From NCBI GenBank assembly GCA_964036045.1, contig OZ038378.1:194618001-194682000 (forward strand): a stretch of 64,000 nucleotides of DNA. The letters are read 5' to 3'. Under the pieces are notes generated by a model. That model was not told the origin of the DNA, did no database searches, and saw only the letters and a program-made list of their open reading frames with translations. The stretch's first letter is position 1. Every line of letters begins with the position of its first letter. This DNA is from Eutreptiella sp. 'Long Island Sound 2002' (taxonomy: Eukaryota; Protista; Euglenida). Of this stretch, positions 47,593 to 64,000 are shown piece by piece. The position numbers were made by a program, and so were the translations under genes.

Positions 47593-48193
47593 GGGGGCGG
47601 GGTTATAGGTGGGGGGGAGGTTGTAGGTCAGGGTTTTGTCCAATTTTGCCTTTGGCGCTTTGCGCCATCTGTTGTTTGCTGTTTGTTTAGTTTCCGCTTA
47701 TTTTTTCCCTCGTGGATATTGATTTAGATATGCCCCACGCCGCACAGCTCAGTCTTTGAAGTTTGGTGAGAAGGGGGGGCTACAGGTCCCTGGATGACTG
47801 CAAACAACGGAAGGTGGGGGTCAGAGGTGGGGGGGGGGGGTAACATTGGGGGGTTACAGCGCTGCATGACAACAGCCAAAGGGGCTCCCTGTGCATGCAG
47901 TGCCCACACAGCGCACAGCGTTTGTACCACCGGAAGTACTGGGACCCTATTTCAAGCCTCACTCTGCTCTGGGCATAGACCAGTATCATGGGGTATGGGC
48001 AGACAAGGATGCCTCGGAGAAGGTGATGACGATGATGAGTTGCGGTTTGGTGCATTTTTTGTACCTCAAGAGTTCAATGGTTGTCCTGCAACGAAGGTGC
48101 ACGCGGTGCCCCTACAGTGCGCAAGCCGTGCATCGTTTCCCCCCGCACAGCGGCCCCATCAGCGGACACAGGGCATTGGCCCCATTTTCACAG

Positions 48194-62880
<14,687 letters not shown>

Positions 62881-63740
62881 GTATTGCCTGCCTGAGTCAT
62901 TCATCATGTGTGCACTGTGTTGTGCGGTACTGTATTACACAGTGCTTGATAAGAAATACCATTTGGTCATCAATGATTCCACAGAAACACGCTTTTTAAT
63001 ACCCACACCTATTCGCTCAATGTGTTACCTGCATGTGCTAAGAGGGCATGCAAGAGCAAATATGTGATCCAAACTGCCTTTTTGAGCTTTTCGTGCTGCT
63101 GCTCTTTCGGGCTGCTACGGGTACTGCTATTGTTGCCACTTTATTCGACCCCGAGCACCACGCCACGAAGCTGCTGCAGAACAGCGACCACAGGCATCAG
63201 CTGTTCTTGCCATCTACCTTCCTGCTCTATGACAAAGCACCTGGGTGTGAGGCGGGGTGAAACACGTGGGCAAAAACTCTGGGTGTGAGCACAGCAGAAT
63301 GGGAAGATGAACAAACTGTTTTTCAAACGCAGTGTGGCTGATGCCGTGTTGCATCAGAATGGTAATGTCATGTACAAAGCAATTGTCGGGGTGAGACCTA
63401 ATTTCAAATGATTGAAGAGAGAAGAAGATGACAAATTGAGCAGCAAACTCGGCAAGGAAAGCAAACTAGGTATTGCCCTCCTCAACCTGCAATGAGTGCA
63501 ACTTTAGTCTCCAATACAGACGCTGATAGAACCCCAGTGGAACAATGGAACAGACATTCCACACCCAGGCAGATACAGACACACAAAGACAAATGCGCAC
63601 AGAGCAAATCAAACATATCAGGTCTGAGATGCGGGAGGCTGGGGTTCCACAGGTTCACCCTTCCCCCACCCACTCACCGAAAGCTGAGACCAGACCAGCC
63701 ACACTTGCAAAATACTTCTTATAAACAAGGTCGAGACAGT

Positions 63741-63822
63741 GCGGCGCCGGCGCCGGCGCCGGCGCAGTACCAGACTCGTGCAATACAGCACAGCACGGTA
63801 CGGTACGGTACGGTACGGTACT
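63741..63822. repeat. Short (GGCGCC)n and (ACGGT)n simple repeats
   Basis: GCGGCGCCGGCGCCGGCGCCGGCGC followed by ACGGTACGGTACGGTACGGTAC. Confidence 0.8.
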
Positions 63823-64000
63823 CCACAGTGCTGCACACTGCACAGTGCAAGCACCCCACCAAACATGTATGGTAGCATCACTTCCGTGGAGGTGGGACTG
63901 GGGATGTTGCATTTGATCCCCGGGAGAGCCCCCCCCCCCCCCCACCTCGGTCTGAGAGTCTTGGTGGGTAGGGTCAATTTTAGCTGGTGTGTGTAACCAA

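Overview
Repeat-rich, intron-rich eukaryotic DNA, probably a protist. A euglenid is suggested by a spliced-leader-like 13-mer and by AG acceptors just upstream of start codons, but the organism cannot be assigned. I assembled four spliced genes by hand, with splice phases checked. (1) A myosin on the minus strand, running off the left edge. (2) A 238-aa protein with five CCCH zinc fingers on the minus strand. (3) A 16-exon, 641-aa P5CS-like gene on the plus strand. Its gamma-glutamyl-phosphate reductase half is intact, but its glutamate-kinase half is shortened and lacks key catalytic motifs, so it is a candidate pseudokinase fusion. (4) A MATH plus C19 peptidase USP7-like deubiquitinase on the plus strand, running off the right edge. 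Introns and intergenic DNA are packed with mobile DNA: a decayed Penelope-like element with N-terminal GIY-YIG, CxC and RT (Chlamys/Naiad architecture); a second Penelope-like RT with an internal inversion and a C-terminal CCCH finger; a P/THAP9-like transposase remnant next to a 48/46-bp array containing TTAGGG; two hAT-type MITEs with 15-bp TIRs and 8-bp TSDs that carry minisatellites; a foldback palindrome; a dispersed ~900-bp retroposed repeat ending at G runs; and many microsatellites. No rRNA, tRNA or CRISPR array could be supported. Most ORFs in the supplied track are spurious readings of repeats.
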